A stretch of 64,000 nucleotides of DNA from Octopus sinensis. Taxonomy: Eukaryota. Below, piece by piece: positions 51,175-64,000 of the stretch; positions within the stretch are counted from its first letter, which is position 1, and the number at the start of each line of letters is the position of its first letter. The stretch lies in NCBI RefSeq assembly GCF_006345805.1, contig NC_043014.1:7006001-7070000 (forward strand), written 5' to 3'. A program made the position numbers and the translations under genes. Below the pieces are notes generated by a model. The model was not told where the DNA came from. It searched no databases and saw nothing but the letters and a program-made list of their open reading frames with translations.

Positions 51175-52824
51175 TACTGTCCCCTTGCTTTGACATTGTG
51201 GGATAATTGTAAGCAAGTCTCACTGTTATACAAGGGGTAGCCTTTATTTCTGATATTCTGTGAAAAACCTGCCTGGTTACAGGGCAGTATTGCCTTATTT
51301 GGAAATTGGCGAAGGGCATCCAACAGTGGAAAATCTGCCTCTATGAATTCCATCTTTTGAATGCAAGCAAGAAAAACCAGACACTGAATGATGATGGTCA
51401 TGATATTCCTCATCATCATTCAGTGTTTTAAATTCTGGTTTTGTCCCCATTAATGGGGTCGGCTGGATCTACCTCAGTGACATAGCAACCGAGGTAGGCA
51501 GGTGCAGCCCACCCCAACCTTTGGGCTGGCTGGTGCTCATTCTCCGTTGCTACCATGAGGCTTTTTTGGAGCTGGATTTTCTACGGGGAGCATGCCCTTG
51601 CTTACCCCCAAGCTCAATTTCTAGACATGAGTGGTTCCAAGACCAAGGCCTCTAGTGCAATTTTTAAGAAATGTGGTGGAAAACTAAGTCAGGAAGGCAG
51701 GGATGCTACTCCCTGAGATCCCTTTCGGAGCCCCACTACCTATCCTAAACAGAAATTCTGACAGGGCCTTGTTTGTGGCTTTCATTTTGCCACTTCTGAC
51801 AGACGATAAAGAACCACTTATAATATTGCAGTCATTTTAATGGATTGTTTCATCCGATAAAATGTGTAGTGTGGTGGCAATGATGTGTAGAAACCTGAAT
51901 ACCAGCAAGTTCCAGTTTGGCTTTTGTCCTTCCGGAAAGAATAACATAAAGTACTAGTCAAGTACTTAACCGTGATATAGTTAACCGGTTCTTTACACTC
52001 CCATAAGATGAAAATATAAATGGTCATGTGCTTATTTTAGAAACGAAATTGTAATTGATTTCAAATTCTGACACAAGGCCAGCAATTTCGGGGTCTTGTT
52101 TTATTGACTCTGAAAGAACGAAAGGCAGAGTTAACCTCAGCAGAATCCAAACTTAGAATATAAAGATTGACAAAATGTTGCTAATTACTTTCCCAGGTGT
52201 GCTAACGATTCTGCCAGCTAGCTACATCATCATCATCATCATCATCATTTAACGTCCGTTGTCCATGCTGGCATGGGTTGGACGGTTTGATTGGGCTGGC
52301 AAGCTGGAAGGCTGCACTAAATTCCAGTCTGATTTGGCATGGTTTTCTATGGCTGGAGGCCTCTCCTAATGTCAACCACTCGGGGGGGGGGGGGGGTAAT
52401 GGGCGCTTTTATGTGCCACTAACACAGGTGCCATTTGTGTGGCACCGGTATCTGCCACGGTTTCGGTTTTGCTCGGTTTGATGGGTCTTCTTCTCAAGCA
52501 TGACATAATACCAAAGGTCTTGGTCATTGCCTCTGTGAGGCTCAACACTCGAAAGGAGCTTGACCACTTTGTCTCCACGAGGCCCAACGCTGTGAGGCCC
52601 GTTCAAAAGGAACTCAGCCACTCTGACTCCATGTGGCCCAGAAGCTCAGCCACTTTGCCTCCATGATGCCCAACGCTTGAAAGGAACTCAGCCTCCTCAT
52701 CTCTGTGAGGCCCAACACTGGAAAAGAATTTGGTCACCTTGCCTCTGTGAGGCCAAACACTCAAAAGGAACTCAACCACTTTATAATATTAATAATGGTT
52801 TCAAATTTTGGCACAAAATGTTGA

Positions 52825-53512
52825 GGTGCTCTGTGTTTCTTTCAATTAATTTTAAATATAACAAAGAATTTAGTAAAATAACTTGGTTATCATTAAGCTA
52901 GTGTTAGGAACATAAATTGTGATTTAGGTTTGGTGGAAGATTTTAATTCAAAACTTATGAAAATAAGACATTTGTACTACAGAACCAGAGGCAGTTTCAG
53001 CCAGGGTTAAGAATTGTTTCTCTATTATATATATTTTAACCCTTTCGTTATTGGATTTCTGTTGAGATGTTCTGTGTTTCTTCCAATTACTTTAAATATA
53101 ACAAAGAATTTAGTAAAATAACTTAGTTATCATTCAACTGGTGTTAGGAACATAAATTGTGACTAAAGTTTGGTGGAAGATTTCAATTCAGAACTTATGA
53201 AAACAAAACATTTGTACAACAGAGCCAGGGGTGGTTTCAACCAGGTTGGTATCAAGAGGGTTAAGAATTGTTTCTCTATTATATATATTTTAACCCTTTT
53301 GTTACCATATTTCTGTTGAGAGGCTCTGTGTTTCTTTCAATTAATTTTAAATATAACAAAGAATTTAGTAAAATAACTTTGTTATCATTAAGCTAGTGTT
53401 AGGAACATAAATTGTGACTAAAGTTTGGTGGAAGATTTTAATCCCAAACTTATGAAAACCAAACATTTGTACTCAGAGCCAGTTTCAGCCAGGTTGGTAA
53501 CGAAAGGGTTAA
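52825..53512 (+). repeat. Second array (about 3 units) of the same piggyBac-like MITE
   Basis: Same body, TTAA-CCC...GGG-TTAA ends and identical linker gaattgtttctctattatatatattt. Confidence 0.85.
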
Positions 53513-53960
53513 ATAATAAACGGCGATATGGCGAGGGATTACTGTACACACTTTTGTTATGGGTTCTAATTCTATCTCAGTTGACTTCATCTTTCATTGT
53601 TCTGGGGTCAATAAAAATATAGGACAAATCAAATAAAGGGGTCGATAAAATTCTCTCTACCATTTCCAACAATATGCTGGCATCCTTGTGCCTATGTTAA
53701 AAATCCTTATTGTGCACTGGTGCTTGTGTTAATGTGCATTCATGCAAAGGCTTGCATATATTTTGTGTGCTTGCGAACATGAGCATGCAGTGTCATTAGC
53801 CTGAGGAGATAGCAGGTGCTTGTCTATGTGTATAAATATTGCTGCAGTTTACATATATATACACATATATATATACATATATATACACACACACACATAT
53901 ATATATATATACACATATATATATACATATATATATACACACACACACATATATATATAT

Positions 53961-54001
<41 letters not shown>

Positions 54002-54076
54002 TATACTAGCGCAGAAAATGGACGTTAAACGATGATGATGATATATACATACATATATATATATATATACACAAAC

Positions 54077-54108
<32 letters not shown>

Positions 54109-54110
54109 GT

Positions 54111-54219
<109 letters not shown>

Positions 54220-56849
54220 GTTGGCATATATTACATGCATGTATACGGTATAAGGTATATCACGTGGTGGATTTTATACAAATGATATCATGTTATTCAT
54301 CCCATCATATTTTAACAACTTCCTTCTTTTATTTAATTAATTAAGGGCATAGAAAAAACAATTAATGAAAATATCATGCAGAGAAGAAAAAGGGTTAAAA
54401 AAAAAGGCATGGAAGAAATAAAAATGGTATTTACCCTAGTTTTTGTACACTTAAAACATATTTAGGGAGCATTTGCATTTACACTTGTGAGAACCAAATA
54501 CTTTTGCCAATGAATTACGTATTTCTTGGAATCTGTTACTTGTGTTTCAGTCACTAAAGTGTGGCCAGGCTGGGGCACCCCCTCATCCTGATTGGCTCCT
54601 GGCTCCTATGCCACCTGACTGGTTTCTGTGCCAGTAGCACGTAAAAAGCGCCCACTACACTCACGGAGTGGTTGGTGTTGTTAAGCAACAAGACGAGTAA
54701 GGGTGACTAGGTGATGGTCTAGGGCTAAGGGGCAGGAGACCCCCAAACCTTGGAAAAAAAAAGAACTTTGGTTGTCTTGTTGTAGTCAAGGGCTGTTCGT
54801 TGAGGCCCGACACCACTGGGAGGTGGCCCTCGAAGTCGCTGGAAATGGAGATCTCCAGGTCCAAATTCTTGAACGGCCCCACTACACTCTCGGAGTGGTT
54901 GGCGTTAGGAAGGGTGTCCAACTGTAGAAACCTTGCCAGATCAGATTGGAGCCTGGTGCAGCCTTCTGGCTTGCCAGTCCTCAGTCAAACCGCCCAACCC
55001 ATGCCAGCATGGAAAACGGACGTTAAACGATGATGATGATGTACTTATTGTATAGGGTCTCTCTTGTCGAACTGCTAAGTTATGGGGAGGTAAATACACC
55101 AACACCAGTTGGGAGACAAACACAGACATAACACACACATTGTGTATGTATATATATATATATATATCATCATCATCATCACCGTCATCATTTAAAGCCC
55201 ATTTTCCACACTGGCATCCTTTCTAGAGAGGACAAACGGATTAAGTCGATTATATCGACCCTAGTGCGTAACTGGTACTTATTTAATCGACCCTGAAAGG
55301 ATGAAAGGCAAAGTCGACTTCAGCGGAATTTGAACTCAGAACGTAAGAGCAGACGAAATACCTATTTCAATTTCTTTACTACCCACAAGGGGCTAAACAC
55401 AGAGAGGACAAACAAGGACAGACATAGGTATTAAGTCGATTATATCGACCCCCAGTGCGTAACTGGTACTTATTTAATCGACCCCGAAAGGATGAAAGGC
55501 AAAGTCGACCTCGGCGGAATTTGAACTCAGAACGTAACGGCAGACGAAATACCGCTGAGCATTTCGCCCGACGTGCTAACGTTTCTGCCAGCTCGCCGCC
55601 TTATAAGTAATTCTGTATAACAACACAAGCATGCCCATCCCTTCGACATTCCCCCCACCCCCACGCCTCCTCCTCATGATGAATTCGTAATGTTTATTTT
55701 TTAAATGAAAATTTCCAGAAATACATTTTCTCTGATGTTGGTTACGACTATGTCGGGGAAAAAAAAAAGTAAATAATATGACTCAAAACGAAGGATACCC
55801 AATAATATCTTTATATATAAAAGAGAAGTTGTGTGTCTGTCTCCTACGATTTAGATTCCTAACTACTCCCACATTTTGCGGTGCAGTTTAACCAAAACCG
55901 GGTATCTTATAGTCGTGATTCATATCCAGCTCTTCTGGGTATTAGCGCGCGTCTACGATGAGTCTACGATTTTAAAAATAATTTAACATCATTTTTTTCC
56001 CATTTTTAATGCATTTTATTCGCTATTATATAAGGGAAGCAACTCTCTAAAAATGTCTACGATGAGTGAACGATTTAAAAAAAAATTTACCATCATTTTT
56101 TCCCCATTTTTAATGCATTTTTTTGCTATTTTTTGGCTATAACTCTCTAAAAATGCTTTATAGTTATTTCCCTTACAAACCCGAGCAACGCCGGGCAACA
56201 CTGCTAGTTTATAATAAAAAGCTTCATATCTTTTTTAAAATTTCGTATAATTCCACCTTACAGTCCGATAGAGAACCACACAGACGGCGGTGGAGGGCGG
56301 GCACACATTTCTGTAATCATGCAAATAATTCGGTCAACTGTTATTGTGAAGTTTTCGAAACTTTGAATTTCCTTTCGATTTTGTTTACAGAAAAATAGAA
56401 GTTAAAGCAGTGAAGCACTGGATTCGTTTTAATTCGCCATTTCCAACCCGACCAAAATCCAGGCCTTGTTAATTGTTATTATAAGGCTAAAATTAATTAA
56501 TACATTAAAATAGGACATCGTACCAAATATTTTGCGATATTTTGGGCGGTTTTTAACGTTCTGAGTTCATATCCTACCGAGGTCGACTTTGCATTTCATT
56601 CTTTCGGGGTCGATAAAGTACCAGTCAAATATTGGGGTCGATGTAATTGACTTGTCCCTTCCGTTCAAAATTGCTGGCACTGTGCCAAAATTAAGAACAA
56701 TTATTATTTTTGCGTTCAGAGTTCAAATGTCACTGAAGTCACCGTTACCTTTCACCCCTTCTAGATCGATACAATAAGTACCATTTGAGTATTGGAATTG
56801 ATATAATGACTATTACCCGATTCCAAAATTTCACACAATGTACCTATTA

Positions 56850-57535
56850 GTACTACTTAAGAATAGTGGTCCGGGTGCGCGCACTCGCACATCCACGCTA
56901 GCTAGTCACGACTAGTCGATCCTTACTTTGTGTTTTATTTACTTCGTTTAAAAAATTAGGATCTTTTCGATTTGAACGGCAGTTTTTTCTAGCGGTGTCA
57001 TATGAAATTGTCACCCATAATTATGACCCTAGTATCGATCTATTGCATTTCAATCTGTTTTAGGGTTAGGGTTAGGGGTGGGGGGAAGGGTATCTTTTTT
57101 TCTTCAGAAATGTAAATAAACCCAATCTGTTTCTTAAACGAGGGACATATTCATATGGCACAGAATGTTCTTTTTTTACCTCAATGGACGTCATTGATTG
57201 GTTGAAATTTCAGAAATTGAAGAAAAACAACAACAAGTATCTTACAAACTATAGAATTTTCTCAATAAAGCCAAGAGAAAATGATGTTTTATAAACACAT
57301 TCTACCAGTATACGAAGTTTAAAAGTGTTTAGTTACCTAGAAATTATTTTTAAAAACTGCCGGTCAAACCGAAAAGATCCACTTTGTATTTTATTTACTT
57401 TGTTAAACAAAATTGATTTATTTTGTGTTTTATTTACTTTGCTAGGTAGACTAGTCGTTGTAGGATCGACTAGTCACGACTAGCTAGCGCGGATGCGCGA
57501 GTGCGCGCACCGGGACCACTGTTCTTAAGTAGTAC
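56850..57535. mobile_element. CpG-rich MITE with a nested second TIR element at about 56957-57380; further copies at 60311-60586 and 62359-62621
   Basis: TIRs gtactacttaagaa..gtggtccgggtgcgcgcactcgc at both ends; the inner element has ggatcttttcg..aacggcagtttt TIRs. Confidence 0.8.
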
Positions 57536-57901
57536 AGTACTTATTAGCAGTGTGACAAAGTTTCTGAAATCTTTTACGAGTTTCAGATCTTTCTACCCGA
57601 CCCCTAGTTTGCAGCAGACGGTTAGCACCCCTCGTTATTTCGTGCTATTTCGAAATCTAACAAGGACAACATTTAATTGTCAGCTCGACCTGTTAGAAAG
57701 AAGAGCCAAAGAGAGCCTCGACATGGTGGGTCGACCTACAAGAAACAGCAGTCAAATCTTTCACATATCACATACCATTCTGTCTTAAATAAAAAAAAAA
57801 GGGACACATTAGATTATGTAATCTTATTCAAATTCCCTAAAATACTAAGATATCTTTAATCATAAGTCTGCTCAATCAAAGCTGACCCGGGACGATGCTA
57901 G

Positions 57902-58286
57902 TAGAGCTTTCCGTCAATTTCCGTAAAAAATTAATTTTTTTTTACATATGGGCTTGCGGGAACTTTTGAAGTATTATACATACATATACACATACACCGA
58001 GTAAAAAACTTCAGTTATCTCTCTCTTTCACACATTACTCTGTCTCTTCACACACACTAACAGAAGCACTTCACTTACACAACATACTGTCTCCCACACC
58101 CCATCAAACACACACACACACACACATGTACATCAATGCTTCCCATGCACGGTAACTTCAAAAGAACTTCCCTCGTCATAAAATCGCTTTCTCTTAGTCT
58201 CTTTCGCTCTCATTACTTCAAAAGTTCCCGCAAGCCCATATGTAAAAAAAAAAGAAGTTTTTTACGGAAATCGACGGAAACGTCTA
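57902..58286. mobile_element. MITE with about 70-bp TIRs
   Basis: 57902-57973 is the reverse complement of 58214-58286. Confidence 0.75.
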
Positions 58287-58501
58287 CGAGAGACGAAAGA
58301 TTGCCAAGTGTTATTTTAGAATTAATTTTTGTTCGTTACATAATTAATCTTAACCGGAAACAAAACTGTGTGGACAATTCGTATATTTTAAAATCGTTCT
58401 ATGACACAAGTTTTAATTCTCGCAGTTAAAATACAAATATACCCGCAAAAAGTGAAGCATATAATTGCTATAAAGCAAAAAGGAAAATAGAATAAATTTA
58501 C

Positions 58502-59579
58502 CCCGGTTCAAAGATGTCTTGCTTTTGATATTTATAGCAGCTTCTTCAATAATTTTCTGTTGTTCATCAAGTACCTGCTGCAGAGTTTTCCGACCGGCCT
58601 TTAAATTCTCCAGCTGTTCTTCACAGTTGGTCAGGCCATACCTGAGGCAGCTCTCCATCCACTGTTGGAAGTAAACGCAATCGTTACCTTGAATTCCTTG
58701 AGGACACGGTGAAACATAGGTGACCTCTGGTTGTGTAGCCACCGAGCTACCGTGGCTAAAATACCTGGTAAAATTGGTATTCTGAAGACTATCTTGCTTA
58801 TTAATACTACTAGCATATACCTGGGAAGCGTTAGAGGGTGCCGAGGCACTGGCTTGAACATGAGACACACTCATATCACTTTCGTCTCCTTTTTCGTATA
58901 CGGTCTGATTTCGGTTGTTGGTATCGAACCCGCTTTGCTCCGTTTCCTGATACTCAATTGAAACTGGTTGGTTTTGTGTTTCCGCTTCGGTTGTTGCATG
59001 GACAGGGACGGCGAATTTAACCGGGTAGGTCTCTTCTCTCTTCTGGTTACTCGGGTGGGTGCTGTGCAAAGCGCCGTACAGAAACTTTTGCTGGCCGCTT
59101 ACTCCCCCACCAGGCATATTATTATGAGTTGGGAACGAAGATCTGTCATTAGGAAAGTAGGGTTTCGGCACGTTAGATTGCATAGCAGAGTGCAGGCTCA
59201 CAACCGGGCCCGAATAGGATGGAAAGCCCATGGTGGAGTCGTTGGCTTGCCCACGGTCGTGCAGTAAACCCTGCCATCTGTTATCGATGTCACGGTTAGC
59301 GAATGGACGTCCTAGCAAGTCGGCCCGATCGGGGGACCCGTGCTTGTTACGGTAGTCGTTCGACCTTTGCCCTCCTTCGACGGGGCCAGTTTTGCCATCG
59401 TTGTCATTCGGTTGGTCGGTCTTCGACGAGAACGATCGAGCTGAGGGCATGAGAGTCCCGAAACCACCCTGATGATGCCCGGACGAGGAAATCAGAGCGG
59501 CAGCAGACTTGGGTGTAATTCGAGACGAGTAATGGCAACAGTTCTGATACTGAAGCACCAAACGGTTCACCTGCAACAT
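58502..59579 (-). CDS. Large first coding exon (359 codons) with a mitochondrial presequence-like N-terminus; probably exon 1 of the FAM210B-like gene
   Basis: Long non-repetitive ORF; accATG at 59579; donor G|gtaaat at 58501; phase 1 matches the 34343 acceptor (G|CC = Ala); the link across the 24-kb intron is inferred. Confidence 0.7.
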
Positions 59580-59699
59580 GGTCTGTTTCGGGTTAGATCC
59601 ACAAAATCAGGATATAAAATAGGGGCGAGACTATTAGTGAATCAATGTGGAAGGCTAAAATCAATTGCGGTTTAGGCTGGGTTTGATCAGATTCGTTCA

Positions 59700-59845
59700 G
59701 AGTTGAGGGTGGAGCGAAATGTCCATTGCACTAGGGCGAGGCCACAACAAAGTTGTTTACGTTTAGAAGGTGACGCATGCGCAGTTCACTGCTTGCTAAC
59801 CCCCGCCGCACGTTGTTATCACGTGATGGACCCGACTTCCGAGTT
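59700..59845 (-). promoter_or_regulatory. Putative core promoter of the - strand gene
   Basis: CpG-rich patch about 120-260 bp upstream of the ATG with an NRF1-like acgcatgcgca (59773-59783), a palindromic E-box atcacgtgat (59818-59827) and an ETS-like acttccga (59835-59842). Confidence 0.5.
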
Positions 59846-60866
59846 TTTCTATAAATAAATAAATAAATGAAAAATAAATAAATAAATAAAAAACATTTCC
59901 GAAGTTTTTTTGAGGTTAATGTTTTGAGGAATTAAATATTTGCACGTGATTCTGGGTGGGAAGAAGGATCGGGTGCGAACGCACTTGCTTTTTGAGAATT
60001 ATTTATACATACATACATATAGACATACATAGATATACATACATACATATATATATACATAGTAAATACATAGATATACATACATACATACATACATACA
60101 TACATACATACATACATAAATGCATACATATATATATATACATATATACATACATACATACATACATACATACATACATACATAAATGCATACATACACA
60201 TATATATATATATATACATATATACATACATACATACATACATACATACATGCGTACATACATACATGCACACACACACATAAATTCAAGCATAGATACA
60301 CATTCATCGGGTACTATTTAAGAAGAGTGATCCCGGTGCGCGCACTCGCGTAGTCGTGACTAGTCGATCCTTTGTGTTTTTTGTTTTATTTACTTTGTTT
60401 AAAGAAATTATTTACTCTGTGTTTTATTTACTGTATTTAAAAAATATTAATTATTAATTATTTTAAAAATATTAATTACTTTGTGTAAAAAAATTATTTT
60501 GCGTTTTATTTTGCTAGGTAGTCGTTTTAGGATCGACTAGTCACGACTAGCTAGCGCGCGCCGGGACCACTCTTCTTAAATAGTACCCATTCCTCGTGGG
60601 TTAGGGGCGCATCGAGTCATTGCTCAAGCTACTTTATTTCCCGTTCCTGCAGCCCACCCAGTTAGCAAAAACTAGTTCTACCCGTAATTCAAAAGGCCAA
60701 CCTTGTCACTTCCTGTGTCACATTGAATCTCCCCGGGTAGTATACTAAGGGTATGCGTGTGTGTGGATTACTCGTCCCTTGTACGTTAATTTACTAATTT
60801 CACGCGGGCGCTATTCGATTGAGAGGGTGCTGGAACCTTCGTCGTTACCGACGGGGTAACATTTTT

Positions 60867-61062
60867 GGCGGAGGTAAAAAATACGCACACCACCCGTTTT
60901 CGGCGTAACCTTAACCCCAACCCTAACCTTAACCCTAATCCTAACCCTAAACACTAACTCTAACCCTAAACTCTAATCCTAACCCTAAACCCTAACTCTA
61001 ACCCTAAACCTTAACCATAACCCTAACCCTAAACGCGGGTGTGCGTATTCTTTACCTTCGCC
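60867..61062. mobile_element. Small TIR element filled with degenerate (TAACCC)n telomere-like repeats
   Basis: About 25-bp TIRs ggcggaggtaaaaaatacgcacacc / ggtgtgcgtattctttaccttcgcc around about 125 bp of taaccc variants. Confidence 0.75.
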
Positions 61063-61994
61063 CCATTTTTTAATTACATAATTATTACATTATTTTTACG
61101 TATGTACACACATACATACATGCAAGCCAGACATATACATAAGCTTTTAGATAATATATACTTACACATATCCATACATAGAGGTACACGCATACATGCA
61201 TGCACACATATACAAACACACACAAACATACACACAGATAAATACACGCAGATTCATACATACATACGCATTACAGCCATCCAGTCATATATATAGGCAT
61301 ACCTGCACAATCGTGCCCCATCAAATTTGCTTCATGGATATTCTTTAATGGATGTTTTTTTTCCAGATAATGTAGATTCTGATTAGATCGGATTTTGTTA
61401 TGAAACCATTTGTTCCAATAGTGGGGAAGAAGTTTCTGAAAGTTCACGAATTTTAGAAAAGTTGGGTATTTTTGTAATGAAATTTTCAGTTATATCGGAA
61501 TTAAATATGAACAAAAAAACTGGTAGGCTCGTAAACATACATACTGACTCATGTCACAATTTTTTTTTTGAAATTTCATGTTCCATTTTATCATGTGTGT
61601 CAGTATGTCTATGTGCTTGTCCACCAATTTCTTTTTCATATCAAATTCCGATAGAATCATAATATACACCATCTCGAAGGTATGTATACAAAATTTCATT
61701 AAAAAAATATCCATTTTTCTGAAAGTTATACGGGGAAAAAATAATCTAGCTCGCGTGAATTTTCCGAAACCCCTCTTCTTAGACTCGGAAAATATGTTTT
61801 TACAACGAATTTCGATATAATGGGAATCTATATCATTTGAAGCAAAATTGTCGGAAATTTCATTAAAAAATATTCATTTTTCTGGAAGTTATGAAGAAGC
61901 GAAATCAGGCGGGGCACAATTCTGTAGGTATGCCCATACATACATACATACATATACATACATACATACATACATATATACATACATACATACG

Positions 61995-62026
<32 letters not shown>

Positions 62027-64000
62027 CAACACACACACACACACACACACACACTCTCTCTCTCTCTCTCTCTCTCACAGGCAAACACTTAATAGCTAAT
62101 TAATAGCCGCTAAGTTAATTAGTTTGGGTCTCGTGACACGTTTGTTTACATTTTAACCAGCTGCTTTCCTTTCCGCTTGTATCACCAATATTCCTTGGAG
62201 GACTTAGCCATTGGCGGGGAAGGCGCGTGGCTGGGTTGCCAGGGTATTCGGGTCCGCGATCGCAAGGTCGTGGGTTCGATTGTTGGGGGCGTATTGTGAC
62301 CTAGTTCAAAACACTTTATTTCACGTTGTTCCAGTCCGCCCAGCAGGGCGAAAATGAGGTCCTACTTAAGAAGAGTGGTTCCGGTGCGCGCACTCGCGTA
62401 GTCGCGCATCCGCGCTAGCTAGTCGTGACTGGTCGATCCTTACTTTGTGTTTTATTTATTTTGCTTAAAAAAATTATTTACTTTGTGTAAAAAATTTATA
62501 TATTTTGTGTTTTATTTACTTTGCTAAGGTAGTCGTTGTAGGATCGACTAGTCATCACTAGCTAGTGCGGATGCGCGACTACGCGAGTGCACGCACCGGG
62601 ACCGCTCTTTTTAAGTAGTACCCCAAAACGAATTGTACCTATTTCTTTACTACCCACAAGGGGCTAAACACAGAGAGGACAAACAAGGACAGACAAAGGG
62701 ATTAAGTCGATTATATCGACCCCAGTGTGTAACTGGTACTTAGTTTATCGACCCCGAAAGGATGAAAGGCAAAGTCGACCTCGGCGAAATTTGAACTCAG
62801 AACGTAGCGGCGGACGAAATACCGCTAAGCATTTCGCTCGGTGTGCTAACGGTTCTGCCAGCTCGACGCCTTAATTCCTATTACACGTGACATTCTGTAT
62901 CTCACTGAATCACTCTGAGAACTACGTTAAGGCTATGCGTGTCTGTGGTGTACTCAGCCACTTGCACGATAATTTCACGAGCAGGCTGTTCCGTTGGTCA
63001 GAACAGCTAGAACACTTACATATATCTAACTGGAAAAGGCGGCGAGAGCTGGCAGAATGGTTAGCATGCCGGGCGAAATGCTTAGTGGTATTTCGTCTGC
63101 CGTTACATTCTGAGTTCAAATTCTGCCGAGGTCGACTTTGCCTGTCATCCTTTCGGGGTCGATTAAACAAGTACCAGTTACGCACTGGGGTCGATATAAT
63201 CGACTTAATCCGTTTGTCTGTCCTTGTTTGTCCCCTCTGTGTTTAGCCCCTTGTGGGCAGTAAGGAAATAGGTATTTCGTCTGTCTTTATGTTCTGAGTT
63301 CAAATTCCGCCATGGTCGACTTTGCCTTTCATCCTTTCGGGGTCGATAAATTAAGTACCAGTTACGCACTGAGGTCGATGTAATCGACTTAATCCTTTTG
63401 TCTGTCCTTGTTTGTCCCCTCTATGTTTACCCCCTTGTGGGTAATAAAGAAATATATATCTAATTGGAATACTCATTGTCGTAACCGACTGAGTTCCGGC
63501 CATTATCAATTGGAATACAACTGACCGTGGCCCCTTTTCGATCTTTTATTCAAACTCGTAGCTTCAAAGACCCTTACGAGACTTTTTTGCTGCAGGACTA
63601 GGTCAGGGAGACCTTAGTGTTTTTTTCTTTTTTAATTACGCAACCCGGGACAGGACAGGATCTGAATACATAATCAACACACACGCGAACTTGCGCGAGC
63701 ACACACACACACATGCGCACACGTACGCGCTCACACACACACACACACACACATACACAAGCAAACACATACACACACAAACACTCACGCACGCATGCAC
63801 GCGCGTGCGAACACTTTCGGTACACTTGTACGCTGTGAACGTGAACGAGGTGCAAATGTACCGAACATCTGTAGATGTATGCGTATACAATTAGCGGCTG
63901 CGCGTGCCAATGTATGTCTGCTTACCCCTAATTACATGCATGTGTTGTGTGTGTGTGTGTGTGGTGTGTGTGTGTGTGTGTGGTGTGTGTGTGTGTGTGT

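Noticed and set aside
60906-61032. True chromosome end
   Set aside because: Short, degenerate, internal and enclosed by TIRs

Overview
Eukaryotic, AT-rich, repeat-saturated genomic DNA. The SINE and MITE families and the dense (TA)n/(CA)n/(CAT)n microsatellites point to an octopus genome (inference). I reconstructed two convergent, spliced protein-coding genes by hand. (1) A + strand gene with coding exons 1775-1794, 5531-5669 and 7699-8130 encodes a 196-aa single-pass membrane protein with an N-terminal transmembrane segment, four PPxY motifs and a poly-Q tract, resembling a NEDD4-family adaptor. (2) A - strand FAM210B-like (DUF1279) gene has exons 59579-58502, 34343-33800 and 28581-28356; the phases match and give about 615 aa, far longer than human FAM210B, with two mitochondrial presequence-like segments. 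The rest is tRNA-derived SINEs, RTE/CR1 LINE and Tc1/mariner relics, Helitron/HINE-like elements, MITEs and foldback elements. The main non-coding observations are: several foldback families whose arms carry minimal hammerhead-ribozyme folds (Penelope/retrozyme-like), a 13x174-bp satellite made of SINE Pol III heads, two arrays of a piggyBac-like MITE with the same linker, and a TIR element filled with telomere-like repeats. Almost all ORFs in the supplied track are microsatellite or repeat artefacts. No database searches were run, and repeat family names are by recalled resemblance only.
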